DNA from: Eledone cirrhosa
Taxonomy: Eukaryota
DNA: 64,000 nt
NCBI GenBank assembly: GCA_964016885.1
Contig: OZ024765.1
Span: 9,486,001-9,550,000, forward strand
Direction of reading: 5' to 3'
In this document: positions 41,101-56,579 of the stretch, in pieces
How positions within the stretch are numbered: position 1 is the first letter of the stretch
Layout: the number at the start of each line of letters is the position of its first letter
Notes under the pieces: model-generated
What the model was told of the DNA's origin: nothing
The model's database searches: none
The model's input: only the letters and a program-made list of their open reading frames with translations
Position numbers and translations under genes: made by a program

Positions 41101-43213
41101 GATAATGCTGTGTCCACTATGAAATAGGGTTTGTTTGTATCACGAAAAAACAGACATAGTAAAATCATGATGATAATGAATATTGCGATGAAAGCAATAA
41201 TTGCTAAGATATGATTTAAAATAAAAAATTTACCGGACATTCTTGAAGTTTAATACATGGCCAGCAATTTGCTCCAGCTTCAACACAATGTCATCAACAT
41301 CTTCTAACTCAGCTAATGTCTTCATCATATTCACCTGGGTTAGAGAGTACAACAAAGAATGAACAAGAGTTAAAAACAAATGATATAAACTAAAATAAAC
41401 TGAATGAATGTTAGCTTAAAATAAGCTACTTCAATGCAGATATATAGACTATGGAAAATAATCAAATAAGTTAGGCATATAAGCTTGTGGAGATGGAAAA
41501 AGTAGACTTTAACGTCTTTGGGAATCAAATACACTTTTCCTGTAGTTAGTCGGCCATTTTGGAAAATTGTAGTATATATGCATATACAGGTATTTATATA
41601 TATACTAGATCACCTGTGACCCAATGGGTCTAGTTAAAAGTATTTTTTTAAACCATGTGCACTTAAAAATAATTTTTAAATAATCAAAATATACGCAGAC
41701 ATGTATATAAATGTAAATGAAATTGGAAGGCCCATATATATATATGTGTGTGTATATATATATATGTGTGCATGTATACATATATGTGTTTGTGTGTATG
41801 TGTATATATGTGTGTGTGGGTGCCTGTGACCTATATTCACTGGTCACAGACACACAGACACACACACACAAGTCACTTGTTATAATTTCATTCAACAACA
41901 CCAACAGCTCTGGCTACATTTACTATCTGTGTCCCACAACATAAGTGGTCAGACAGTCAGAAAATTTACCTGAGTTATTCCAGAGAAAAGTTCCTTCCAG
42001 TGGGCTAGTGGAGAGAGTGTGGAGGCTGCCTTACCTATGGCATACATGTGACCACTGCCTGAGAGACTGGCCGCCATGTCAGAGGCAATCATTCGGATCA
42101 GAGTCTTTAGTCGATCACAATCAGAGAAATTTGGTCTGCAGAAAGACAGAAATGGGGGGATAAGATAGATAGAGTCAAGGAGGGGATAATTCTATTTTGA
42201 TAGTTTCTTCTCACACTTTTCGCCTATGTCTTCTCGCTTTCCTAATTTATAATTTGCTAAAATCCACAAGCAATGTCAATCACCATCTTCTCTCTTCTTG
42301 AATTATGTTCTCTTTATCTTGTCCTTCTCCCTTCTTAATAATCCCTTGCAAGTTAGTGGCATTATTGCTTTGCTTAGGGTGAAAAAACTATATATATATA
42401 GTTTTTTCACCCTAAGCAAAGCAATAATGCCACTGTTAGGAAGGGCATCCAGCTGTAGAAATCAAGCCAGAATCAGTTCCCGTCCCACCCTTGCAAGCAG
42501 GGAAAAAACGGACGTACACCTTCCTAACACCAACCTCATTTAGAGTGAGTGCTGGGTACTTTTTTGCCGTGGCACCTCCACGACCACTTTACAGTGGAAT
42601 GATAGGGACCGCAGTCCCTATCATCTCATTTCTACAGCTGAGTAAACTGGAGCAATGTGAAATAAAGTGTCTTGCTCAAGGAAACAACACATCACCCGGT
42701 CTGAGAATTGAACTCACAACCTTTCGATTGCAAGGCCAATGCTCTAACCACTAAGCCATGTGCCTCCCTACATATATATATATAACAAAGAAAGTGTGTT
42801 AAGGAACCAGGTGGACCATAACGCACCAGAGTACTCGATACTGTATAAGTGGCCGGTTACAACTGGTTTGAACAGAAAGAGATGAGAAATTCTGGTCGGA
42901 TATGGCTGGTTTAAATGCTAAAGGGTTAACTCATTCAGTCTGTCAACAAAAATGTTAATATGACAGCACCTGCATATGTACTGTTGTAACTGAAGAGATG
43001 TCAATATGAAGGAACGTATTATTTTTCTCTAAAAACATTTTTTTCCAATTCCACCCTGCCTGTCACTTCAATCTTTCTAGTTTCTCATTCTTTCTTCTGA
43101 TGAAGGACTAGCGTCCAAAACGTTAAGACCCTCTTCCTGCTATTTCAAGCGTTAACCTAATATATTCCTTCCATATACTGAGCCGATTGTGTTGTTATTT
43201 CTGTTTACCTTTT

Positions 43214-43261
<48 letters not shown>

Positions 43262-43408
43262 ACACGGAGAAAAAGAGGATTATTAGGAAGAAAAAAATAT
43301 TTTTTTCCTTCATATTTTTCTCTCTTTTTTCTGGGTTAGAGAATGATTAAAACGAAATATTTTACTTTGTGTGAAGTGTTAAGGTATTAGTTGATTTATT
43401 TATTAATT

Positions 43409-43459
<51 letters not shown>

Positions 43460-46400
43460 TATGTGTGTAACTATGTTTTCTCTGCCTCATTCTTACCCTT
43501 CTCAGTAACCCTTTACATTTTAATAGCTTTATTGCCTTGTTTGGGGTGAGAAAAACAATTTAAAAAAAACTACAGTTTATATCATTACAAATGTTGTATC
43601 ACAAAAAAGTTAATATTTTAAGCACTCACCTGGAGATCACATTCTGCCAAAGTTCTAACATTTGATCAAAGTTTCTTTCAAGACAGTGAGAACTCAGTTG
43701 TATACTCTGAAAGGGTAACAAAAAGGGAGTTCAAAGAGAAAATGCACAATGATTGTTTATTTATTCATATCATTATGATGGAGACACGGTAAAAAGCACC
43801 CAGCCCACACTGTAAAGTGGTTGTGTAGGTGTCACAACAAAAAGCACCCAGTCCACACTGTAAAGTGGTTGTGTAGGTGTCACAACAAAAAGCACCCAGC
43901 CCACACTGTAAAGTGGTTGTGTAGGTGTCACAACAAAAAGCACCCAGTCCACACTGTAAAGTGGTTGTGTAGGTGTCACAACAAAAAGCACCCAGCCCAC
44001 ACTGTAAAGTGGTTGTGTAGGTGTCACAACAAAAAGCACCCAGTTCCCACTGTAAAGTGGTTGTGTAGGTGTCACAACAAAAAGCACCCAGTCCACACTG
44101 TAAAGTGGTTGTGTAGGTGTCACGACAAAAAGCACCCAGTCCACACTGTAAAATGGTTGTGTAGGTGTCACGACAAAAAGGACCCAGTCCACACTGTATA
44201 GTGGTTGTGTAGGTGTCACAACAAAAAGCACCCAGTTCCCACTGTAAAGTGGTTGTGTAGGTGTCACAACAAAAAGCACCCAGTCCACACTGTAAAATGG
44301 TTGTGTAGGTGTCACAACAAAAACCACCCAGTTCCCACTGTAAAGTGGTTGTGTAGGTGTCACAACAAAAAGCACCCAGTCCACACTGTAAAGTGGTTGT
44401 GTAGGTGTCACAACAAAAGGCACCCAGTCCACACTGTAAAGTGGTAGTGTAGGTGTCACAACAAAAAGCACCCAGTCCACACTGTAAAGTGGTAGTGTAG
44501 GTGTCACAACAAAAAGCACCCAGTCCACACTGTAAAGTGGTTGTGTAGGTGTCACAACAAAAAGCACCCAGTCCACACTGTAAAGTGGTAGTGTAGGTGT
44601 CACAACAAAAAGCACCCAGTACTCACTTTAAATGAAGTTGGCGTTAGGAAGAGCAACCAGCTGTAGAAACCAAGCCCTAATCAGTTTTGTATGAGCAAGA
44701 TATGGTCACCTGACCTAACATTGTCCACAACTGAACAACTTGTCGAACACATAAAAGTGTGATGATGATGATGATCATCATCATAGCTATCTCAGTAGCC
44801 ATGTGAAGCCAGACATGTGTTTCAGAATGCTTATCCATCATCAGTGACATTACCCAAACCAGCCGTAACTGACTGCTCATACTGTTGTTAAGGTATAGTT
44901 TACCCCCAGTAGACAACTGATGAGGAAAACTCCCCCACATCTACCCCACCCCATTCTTATTCTTCTAAATTTTAAGCCTATATATATATATATGTGTGTA
45001 CTTTCTTAACTCTCTAGAGGTTCCAGGTGTATTAAGTAGACATTAGAGTAATCTCCCTTAATCCATAATGCAGTGTCAAGGGAGATAATTCATAAAATTC
45101 ACCGTAGGGTAATCTCCCCTTAATACAAGATGCAGTGTCAAGGGAGGCAATTCGTAAATATTCACCAATGATGACATGCTAAAGATGGAGTAATCTCCCC
45201 TGAATACAAGATGCAGTGTCAAGGGAAATAATTCATAAAAATTCCTAACGTGCTAAAGATTAAATACCTCTACAATGAAATTCCGTTATAACGAAATTCA
45301 CCGGGTATAAAAAAAAATCGTTGTAACGAAAACTTCTTTATAACGAGATCAACCTAACACATCGAGTGTGTGCCCAGGGATCGAAAAAATTTCGTTATAA
45401 TTGAATTTTACCTGCATTTTAAATCAAAGAAAGATTTCATCATCATCATTTAAAATCTTTCTCTGATTGCAAGGGTTGGACAGGTCTACATTGTCCAAAG
45501 TTACTACTGTAGTGGGGCTACAGACCTCCCAGAGAGGCCAGGGATCTACATCTCGCTTACATAGTCTGCCATTCTACCAAGTACACAGAAGTGGTTGTCA
45601 TGCCTACACAACTGAGGGTCCTCCAAACCCTTTGTTTGACAAGCTTTCTATAATGGGATGCCCTTCTTATCACCAACCAATTTACAGAGTGTACTGGGTG
45701 CATTTATCATGTAATTCACCAACCCTTTGTTTGGCAAGCTTTCTATGATGCAATGCCCTTCTTATCACCTTTGGCAAGCTTTCTACACCAACCCCTTTAC
45801 AGCATGTACTGGGTACATCCATCATCTAGATCACCAACACATATCTATGCTTATTATACTTAAACAAATTGAGGGCAGTGGATTGTCAGTATTGGGAGAG
45901 CATCGGATAACATGCATTGTAGCATAGAGCTACAGCCCTTTACGATCTGAGTTCAAATTCTGCCAAGGTTAACTTTGCCTTTCATCTTTACAGGGTCGAT
46001 AAAATAAAGTACCTACTGGGATAATTACTAGCCTTGTGCCCAAAATAGAAACAATTCTACATAAACATATTGTATATGCCTTTATCATACACCTATATTG
46101 TTACTTTCAATATAAATACAAACACTTTAACCCTTTAACATTTACATTACACTATATATACTATTACGTTTTCACAGTAAGGTCTTTATCTCATATAATT
46201 AACTCACTTAATATCGAGTCTATGAGATTTTGATATTATTTATTTTGAGAACAATACCTTAACATCAGTATGAGTAGTTGATTATATTCAGTTTAAACAG
46301 AAAGAGTTGGGAGAATTCTGGCCAGATACGACTGGTTTAAATGCTAAAGGGTTAAAATGAGCAGATTTGTATCAGAAAATTGGGTCAGTTTCAGGCAGGT

Positions 46401-49400
46401 TGGTATCAAAAGGGTTAAAGATTGAGTAAGGTGGAGTAGGGTAGAGTGGAGCAGAATTGGGTGATGGGGGTGGAGTAGGGTATAGAGTAAAAAACTTACC
46501 TGCTCATAGGTATTTGGTTCAGTATGGTGATTGCTCATAAATATGGAAGAACCAAGACCCCCAGTATAAAGGTCAGTCAACTGAGAGAGTTCCTTGTAGT
46601 TCCAAATACCTGCACCCATTCTAAAGAGAAATAGAGAGGGATATTATATAACAACACAAATATACAGAACAGGCATGTCAAACTTAGGGTCCCCTGAGGG
46701 CCACATAGGTCACTTGTGTGATGTCTGAGGGCCACACATGATAACTAATTGCGCACATTACAATACATTTATTTATTTTATATTACGAAGATAAAACATG
46801 CTGACACTGTAAAAAACCTTTGTGTGGGCCGCAGATGTGCTTATAAAGGGCCGCAGGTGTGCTTATAAAGGGCCGCATGTTTGCGATGCCTGATATAGAA
46901 GATCACAAGCTGTGGAAAGATCAACTGCTTCAAGATAGGTTTGTCCGTGTTGAAACTATAGCAGTGGAGACTTCTGGTGTTCTGGGTTGCCCAAACCACC
47001 TCCCTAATCATCATCATTCTCATCATTATCACTATTGTCGTCATCATCATCATCATCATCATTTAACCTCCATTTTCCATGCTTGCATGGGTTGGATGAG
47101 ACTAGTCAGGTCAGGAGCCCACATCATGCTAATACAGATTTGTATTTTAGCTTGGTTTCTATGGCTGGGTTCTCACCCTAACACCAACCAGATTCCTGTG
47201 TTGACTGGCTGCTTTCTATCGTATCCCTGAAACAACCACCATCTTAGAATCTATAGCAGTAAAAACCTCTGATGTTCTAGGTCCCCTGAACCAACTCCCT
47301 AATCACAAACTATTAAAGTATCAGGTTTGGCAATGAACCTATAGTGGTGGAAACTTCAGGCATTCTAGATCCCTAAACACCCTCACTGCTCACTGCTATT
47401 GAGACGGAGAGTTAGCCACCCACAGGAATGAACTGGCTTCTATCATCCTATCACCTCTGATCAATTAAAAAGAAATCATTGACAGCGGTGCCCCAGCATG
47501 GCCACAGTTCAATGAGTGAAACTAATGAAAGAATGAAAAAAATTTTTTTTAAAAACTCACTTTGTAAGGACATCTGTGAATAAAGGTAGATATGATTTCA
47601 GTTGGTCAGGCAGGTGAGATGTGTCGGCTATAAGTTTCATATAAGTTATTTCATTGGTTGGTTGGGCACAGCAATAAACAGGAACGCCACTGGCTGTTTA
47701 ATAAACAAGATAATGATGTCACAGGGATATATATATATAACGTTGAAAGAGATAGAAGGCGGAACAATGCAAAAATGGACTGTAAGATGAGGTAACGAAA
47801 AGTAAAAGTTACCTGGTAATCTTTGTTTTGTTTTGTTCTTGTAGCTGTACAATATTTGGGACCTAAAAGTCCCTTCATCATAGTTTAAGGAACCTTCAGT
47901 GGATAACCTCTACAGTCAGTAGGCACCTCTTAACCAAATATACACCCCAATCCACTACCCCTACCCTATCCTCCCACTCCCACCAACCTCTCTCTGTAAA
48001 GTTGGTACCACAACATCCAGTCCAAATAAATGAGATAATGAGATCGAGATCGTTTAGGTGTCATGAGAAAAAAAACACACAGTCCACGCTGTAATGTGGT
48101 TGGTGTTAGGAAGGGCATCCATCCAGCCATAGAAAACCCGCCAGACAGTCCTATATGAGCGAGACACGGTCACCCGACCAACCTTGCCAACTAACCCATG
48201 CTAGCGTGGAAGATAGACATTAAACGAAGATGATGATGATGATGATGATATATATATATAATGATAAATATATAATTGTTTCTACTTTTGGCACAAGGCC
48301 AGCAATTACCCAGTATATTACTGGTACTTTATTTTATCGACCCCCGTAAAGATGAAAGGCAAAGTTAACATCGGTGGGATTTGAACTCAGAATGGCAAGG
48401 GCCGTATATATATATATATATATATATATATAATGATGATATATATATATATGATGGAGGCACATGGCTTATTGGTTATAGCATTGGCCTTGCAATCGAA
48501 AGGTTGTGAGTTCAATTCTCAGACCGGGTGATGTGTTGTTTCCTTGAGCAAGACACTTTATTTCACATTGGTCCAGTTTACTCAGCTGTAGAAATGAGAT
48601 GATAGGGACTGCGGTCCCTATCATTCCACTGCAAAGTGGTCGTGGAGGTGCCACGGCAATAAAGCACCCAGCACTCACTGTAAATGAGGTTGGTGTTAGG
48701 AAGGGCATCCAGCTGTAGAAATCAAGCCAGAATCAGTTCCCATCCCACCCTTGCAAGCAGGGAAAAGCGGACGTAAAATGAAATGATGAAATAATGATAT
48801 ATATATATATATATACATACATATATAAAGAAGGAAGAATTGACGCCAGTACATGACTGGTACTTTTTTCTTATTGACATTAAATGGATGAAAGACGAAG
48901 TTGACCTCAGCGGAATTTGAACTGAAACAGCAGAGAGCTGCAACAAATACTGCAGGGTATTCTATCCAACATTCTAACAACCCTCTGCTAATATAGACCT
49001 TATATTAGACCTAATCTGAAGAATGTTTGTCTGATACTTACATGTGTAATGAACAGAAGTTGATACTGTGATAATGTTGGGTTCAATGTCAGCAACATTG
49101 ATGGTAGGAAGGCAGGAGAGATCTTCTGTGTGCATCTGTTTCTCAAGTAGTTGTAAACCTGGAAATTTCATAAAAGATATATTTAAAGGGTGTCTCAAAT
49201 ACACACACACACACACACACATGCCATATATATACTGGGTTTTAATGTGTGTGGGTGTGTGAATGTGTATGTGTTTATGTATGTGTTTATATATGTATAT
49301 GTAACATGGTCGGGTCGTTGGCGACTAAACTGGCAACCCCACCAAGGTTTCTTGGTGAGGAGGGTGACTTTGGACATCCTGCAGGACTAAAAACAAAACC

Positions 49401-52400
49401 TGTCAAAGGGCAAAGGAGCTCTTAAGAGTCAATGGCCATCCAAAATCCCCGGGAGAGATGACCCCTTAGCCTTTGTCAAGGCAGAATTCTAGGAGAAGGA
49501 AAACTGATATAACACCTGCAACCCTGATGGTATCCAATGATGTTGACTTGTTCTTCTTTTTGGTAAATATCATCTTGGTTAAGAGAGTGGGACTGGCTTT
49601 GTGCAGTGCCTTTGCTCCCTATAAAAGCTTCACAGCACAGGCATTGTTTTATATCTGGAGATCTCTCTGCACCTGTCATCACATGGTACCATGGGCCCAG
49701 CACTATGTGTCAATAATTGTCACAAGTGTAGTGTTTGTACCAGAGTTTTCAAGTCACTGGCTGGATTAAAAAGTCACACTCGTTCAGCGCATCGGTAGGG
49801 GTTCTCTTACATGGATATAAAGTAGTGGCCGTACTCGAAAACGAGTTGGCAGCCACCATGATATGTATACGTCAGGTCACTCTTGAGTGCTACTGGTAAC
49901 ATGTAACCCAGTACAACCTGTGGCATGGTTGGGTCGTCGGTGACTAAACCGGCAACCCCACGAAGTTTACTTGGTGAGGGGGGTGATTTTGGACACCCTG
50001 CAGGACAAAAAACAAAACCTGACAAAGGGCGGAAGAACTCATAAGAGTCAACGGCCATCCAGAAATGTGTAAATATGTATATACATGTAGGCATGTATAT
50101 ATATATGTATATATGTATACAGTGAAGAAGAAATAGAATGAAGAAATATAGAGAAAAAAATAATCGACCCCAGTATTTGACTGGTACATTTTTTTTATCG
50201 ATCTAGAAAGGATGAAAGGAAAAGTTAATCTTGGTGGTTTTTAGAATAGGTATGCTATATCTCCTACATGTTGTATGAGGCAAACATTTGAAGCCCAGCT
50301 TCCTCCACCCCTAAATGAAAGGTTTCATGCGATACCTACCCCTTTGATGTAATTGCTGCTTGTCCTCCTTACTCAACGGAGAGGTCAACTCCGACAGACG
50401 TGCGTTCTCTTTTTCCTGTAACTTCTTGTCATAATCTTCCTCGGGTTTCATCACCAATGTCAGTTTGTGTGGATTGTCCTAAAGTGAAAAAAAGAGGGAA
50501 ACCCCTTGTTTGGTAAGTTTTCTACAATTGGATGCCCTTCCTAATGACAACCACTTTACAGAGTGTACTGGGTGCAGTTTATCAGGCCATCGACCTTTGG
50601 GAATTTATCATGTCCTTAAAATGACTGAAAAGACCCCTACACCCCCTTTTTCACATGCTTCCTACAGTTGGATGCCTTTGCTAATGACAACCACTCTACG
50701 GAATGTACTGGGTACAGTTTATCATGGCACCAATCCCTAGGGAGCTTGTCCTGTCCATGACATAACTGAAAAGTCCTCTCTAGCATGGAAAATTGGCTGT
50801 AATATTGATAAAGCGGAGGAGGGGAGATCGAGAGCCAGTTTTGCCCAAAATTACAGAATTGAAAAAATATATAAATAAATGGGGGCTTTTTCCAATTTAT
50901 TTCACTAGCTGCGTATAAATTGAAAATATATAAAAGATGCATAAAAGAAAAAAAGTATGAAACACTATTTACAAAAAAGAGAAAACAAAGTTCTTAAGAA
51001 TGGAATGAAGTGGTTTATTATTGAGAATGGGTTAATCAGGCAAGTGAGGCCATTATGAAGAATTGTAGTAAAAAAAAATCTTCCATTTCATGACAGCCTG
51101 TAAAAGGAGTAATTCATACAGTCTTCTTCTTCTTCTTGTCGTGTCCACAAGAATGTCAGTTACAAAGCTTGGCTAGATGTGGTTCTGTCACAGCTGAACC
51201 CATTGCTGTCCTTTTTCATTAAACTCTGCCAAGTCCAATGCTGTGCAGGGGGGTTCCAGCAGGGGGTTCCAGCAGGGGGTATATCAGGAGGTGCAGCGTA
51301 GTCTGTGGTTCGATGCCACAGTTACACACAACATCTCCATCCTTTAAATACCCCCATTTTGGAAGAGTGACTTTTGCATGACCAACACCAGATCTTCGTC
51401 TGTTTAGGCACTTCCACACTGCATAGTTTGTATCTGCTCCAAGGGGGCAGTGCCTCGCTCACCTTTAGCTCCATTGTTGTTACTGATGGGAGGTGGTTAA
51501 GCTTTTTTACCCAGGAAGTGACTCTTTCACTACTTATGCTTGATGTTCCAAGATGCTCCTTAGAAAACTTTTCCTGGATTTTTTATTTTATTTACAAATT
51601 TTGAAATATTTTTTCATGTTAGTAAAAATGGTTGGTTTTTTAGCACAAAAATAAATGGGGCTTACTTTGAAATACTGTCTGACTTTCTCCTGTAAATATT
51701 TAGGGTTCGCTTCCAGCTCATCTGTGAATTCCTTTAGTCTTTTATTGATGCTGAGGGCATCAACAGGGATCCCATCATGGTTCCATAGGGAAGACACACT
51801 CTGCAAAAAGGCAATCATATAAAACAGAGATTCTCAAACTTTTGGGGTTATCGCCCTCCCTCACAGCCCTCGATGCTCCCAACCCTATTTCCAGAGAAGT
51901 GCCCACTTTCAGAACCTTTCCCACACACCCCTCTTCCCTACAACCCCCCCTCCCCCTCCCTCTTCCTCCCACCCACCCTCTTCCCTACACTCACCATAAT
52001 GAGAGAAAATCCAAAGTTACTTGACTGGTGTTTGGAACTTAACTCAATGCGGTGTATGATGGCATCAACTTGTTCTGCTTCAAAACCATTTCTACAATAC
52101 AAAATAATAGATATATATATATATATATATATATATGTAGGAGGTGAGTTTTATTGTAGCACAATAAAGCAATGCAAATATCAGATAAGTAGCACTCTAC
52201 AGTTTGTAGGACTGGAGTATAAATAATATAAGATCAAAAGATGGTTAAAAGAGTTCCAAGTATTTTATTATGCGCATTTGTGAGTAGTGAAGTTTTAAAT
52301 CAACATATGTTGATTTAAAACTTCACTACTCACAAGTGTTTTTTAAGCTTCATATCATGTCTCCCTATTTTATCTGATGAGAACGCAGATATCATCCCAT

Positions 52401-52929
52401 GATGATATTTGTTTTTGAAATGCACATAATAAAATACTTGGACCTCTTTTAACCATCTTTTGATCTTATATATATCATTTCATTTTTCATTTTACGTCCG
52501 CTTTTTCCCTGCTTGCAAGGGTGGGAGGGGAACTGATTCTGGCTTGATTTCTACAGCTGGATGCCCTTCCTAACACCAACCTCATTTACAGTGAGTGCTG
52601 GGTGCTTTTTTTTTTTGCCGTGGCACCTCCACGTCCACTTTGCAGTGGAATGATAGGGACCCCAGTCCCTATCATCTCATTTCTACAGCTGAGTAAACTG
52701 GAGCAATGTGAAATAAAGTGTCTTGCTCAAGGAAACAACACATCATCCGGTCTGAGAATTGAACTCACAACCTTTCGATTGCAAGGCCAATGCTCTAACC
52801 ACTAAGCCATGTGCCTCCATTATATATATATATATATATTATATTATATTATATTATATTATATTATATTATATTATATTATATTATATTATATTATATT
52901 ATATTATATTATATTATATTATATTATAT

Positions 52930-52975
<46 letters not shown>

Positions 52976-53163
52976 CGGAGGAAATGTGGTAAGGAACCAG
53001 GTGGACCATAACGCACCAAAGTACTCAATACTTAGGGTAGTAGAGTGGGTAGTAGGAACGAGTAGGAGCCCGACGGCTGAGCTCAAGCCGTCTCTACGGC
53101 TAATTCATCCAGAATTAGCCGTCGAAACGGCTTGAGCTCAGCCGTCGGGGTCCTACTCGTTCC

Positions 53164-53194
<31 letters not shown>

Positions 53195-53413
53195 TAAGCG
53201 ATGATGATGATAATGATGATGATATGTACACACACACAAGTGGTCAAGAACATTGAACAGGTAAAACAAAACTCACTCAATCACTTTATCCAGAGTTTCT
53301 TCAATGATTTTCGTGACCCGTTCCACATCGTTTTCACTGATTCCTTGGAGACCGACAGAGAACGAACCTTCTTGTGTGTTACCTTGGTACCTGTAACAAT
53401 ACAGAGCATTATT

Positions 53414-53469
<56 letters not shown>

Positions 53470-56091
53470 TAAAAACGTAAAGATCTTTAGGTATGAATCT
53501 AATCTAATCTGGCCGAGTTTACACTCTTAAATAAGAAGAACCAGGGCCACCCCCAGGAGCATTGGATTTGGTGTACTTCATATTTGTTTCAGTTGCTGAA
53601 TACAATCAGGGGTCACTGCTTCTCCTGAAGGTCAATAGTTCTCTTCTAACTCGAGCGGGAGCGCCTTTCTATTGTCAATTTACATTGATCATCTACAAAG
53701 CCCCATTGTTCTCAGAACCACTACACCAGTCTTACAATGTGTGCAGCTGGTACTACTGCCACCCATTGATTTGGCTGGACTTTAGATGGCTGTCCTACCA
53801 ATGCTTGCGTGAAAGATGGACATTAAACGATGATGATGATGATGATGTATTATGATCATAAGTCCAGCATCTTAACCACAGGAGTGATGTGAAATGAAGT
53901 GTTTTATTCAAGAACATAACCCCAACCCTATTCACGAATCAAACCCACGACATTATGATTGTAAGTCCAACACCCTAACCACGAACAGATATTAAATCAA
54001 GATGATGATAATGATGATGATGATGATGATGATACACACACACACATCCACATGAACATACAAACTCACATACAACCTCACACTATATATATATACAACA
54101 TCACAAATCGATGCCTAAATAGACAGAAAATCGTCGGAAAATAGCCGGAAAAAAAATCGACGGAAAATCGAAGGATAATGGACAGAAAATAGACGGAAGA
54201 TCGACGGTAAATCGACGGAAAAGAGGCGGAAGATCGACGTCTAAATAGACAGAAAATGTCGGGAATAACCGGAAATAGCCGCATATACCCGGAAATAACC
54301 GAAAACAGCCGGAGATACCCAGAAATAACCGAAAACAGCCGGAGATACCCAGAAATAACCGAAAACAGCCGGAGATACCCGGAAATAACCGAAAATACCC
54401 GGAGATACACGAAAACAGCCGGAGATACCCGGAAACAACCGGAGATACCCGGAAATAACTGAAAATACTCGGAAATAGCTGAAAATACCCGGTATTACCC
54501 GGAGGCAGACGGAAATATGTGTGTGAGGTTGTATATATATACTCTATATATACTATTGTATTTTCACGGTAACGGCTTTATTTCATAATTATCCCACATA
54601 ATATGGAATCTATGAGATTTTGATGTTATTTATTTTGAGAACAATACCTTAACATTAGTATGAACGGCCAGTTACAGCCAGTTTGAACAGAAAAAGGCGA
54701 GAGAATTCTGGCTGAATATGACTGGTTTAAACACAAACACCGCCATAAAAAACAAGAAGCAGAGAAGGAAGATATTTACCCAGTCCCAGGTGAATAGTCT
54801 GAACCTAAATTAGCTTCAAGTAGTGATTGGTAGAAGGGAGAGGATTCACTGTCTGTTAGTAAAGACCCAATAATGGAGAGTGTAGTGGAGTCCTTCAGAT
54901 CTGTAATACTACAACGATAAGAGAAATAATAACAATAAAAGTTTATAATAATGGCACAGGTCAACAATTTTTGGGGGAAAGGAGAAAGTCAAAATGGATG
55001 GAGGTGAGGGTCATAGTCTTATTATTATTATTCATGGTTTGGCAGTATCGGTAGAGCGTCAGACACCTTTCTTTGCAGCATAGAGTTACGGCCCTTTATG
55101 GTCTGAGTTCAAATCCCGCCGAGGTTAACTTTGCCTTTCGTCCGTACAGAGTCGATAAAATAAAGTACCAGTAATACACTGGGATAATTGCTGGCATTGT
55201 GCCAAAAGTCCCCTGCTGGGTCCCCTACTGGTTGGTTTTGCCTGTAAAATCTGTCCAGTGATTCTTTCCTGAGACATTCTAACCACATGCCCATAGTACC
55301 AGAGCTGTGATCTCTCAATTCAGAGAAGTAGCAGCTCTACCTGGAGTGACTCTCTCATCTCCAAGCTACGCACTCTATCAAGTAATGCTACTCCGAATCC
55401 CTTCTGATGTGAGGGTCATAGTCACTGCAGAAAATAGGTTCTCTCTGCTCGTTCATTCGGCCTGCATCACCGATTCGAATGCTGTTTTATACACACACAA
55501 ATACACACATTTATACTGTAAACCAGACAACGCATCCAATACAGAAGTTTTCTTTTCTACCTGTCTTCTCTTATCATATGTTTACCTGTGCGAAGCTGGG
55601 TAGTTCAACTTGTGTTAAATAAAGCAGTGAGACTTACTTTGAGAGGAGATAGCTTACAGAAACTGTGGTTTGTTTCTGTGGATCTGGAGACATGGGATCA
55701 ACACGGCAGCTAACAGTGTGGTGTTGCTGGAATATAGAGATGAGAGGTAGATAAATAAAATTTAAAAAAATATATATATATATATATATATATATAGGAA
55801 CGAGTGGGACCCCGACGGCTGAGCTCAAGCCGTTTCGACGGCTAATTCTGGACATTGAGTCCAGAATTAGCCGTCGAGACGGCTTGAGCTCAGCCGTCGG
55901 GGTCCTACTCATTCCAATTACCCACTCTACTACCCTAAGTATTGAGTACTTTGGTGCGTTATGGTCCACCTGGTTCCTTACCACATTTCCTCCGTTATAT
56001 ATATATATATATATATAGTAATAATAATAAATTTGAAGACTAAAATCCAAAGAAGGCTCAATAAGGATAAATATATATCAAATATATTTTA

Positions 56092-56147
<56 letters not shown>

Positions 56148-56517
56148 CCACACATCTACTGAACCACCCAATCTGTATATATCATCATCATCATTTCATT
56201 TTACGTCCGCTTTATCCCTGCTTGCAAGGGTGGGACGGGAACTGATTCTGGCTTGATTTCTACAGCTGGACGCCCTTCGTAACACCAACCTCATTTACAG
56301 TGAGTGCTGGGTGCTTTTTTTCCGTGGCACCTCCACGACCACTTTGCAGTGGAATGATAGGGACCCCAGTCCCTATCATCTCATTTCTACAGCTGAGTAA
56401 ACTGGAGCAATGTGAAATAAAGTGTTTTGCTCAAGGAAACAACACATCATCCGGTCTGAGAATTGAACTCACAACCTTTCGATTGCAAGGCCAATGCTCT
56501 AACCACTAAGCCATGTG

Positions 56518-56579
<62 letters not shown>

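Noticed and set aside
43773-44615. Repetitive ORFs ([13 protein letters not shown] / [15 protein letters not shown]) and similar ones at 14058-14593, 19118-19531 and 58220-59023
   Set aside because: Translations of SINE- or MITE-derived tandem repeats and minisatellites.
46900-47460. AVETSGVLG-like peptides as a host exon
   Set aside because: They resemble decayed, triplicated CRE-type endonuclease remnants and are not needed in the PITRM1 splice path.
48456-48530. tRNA-like heads of the SINEs as tRNA genes
   Set aside because: They continue into SINE body and tail and lack a complete acceptor stem.
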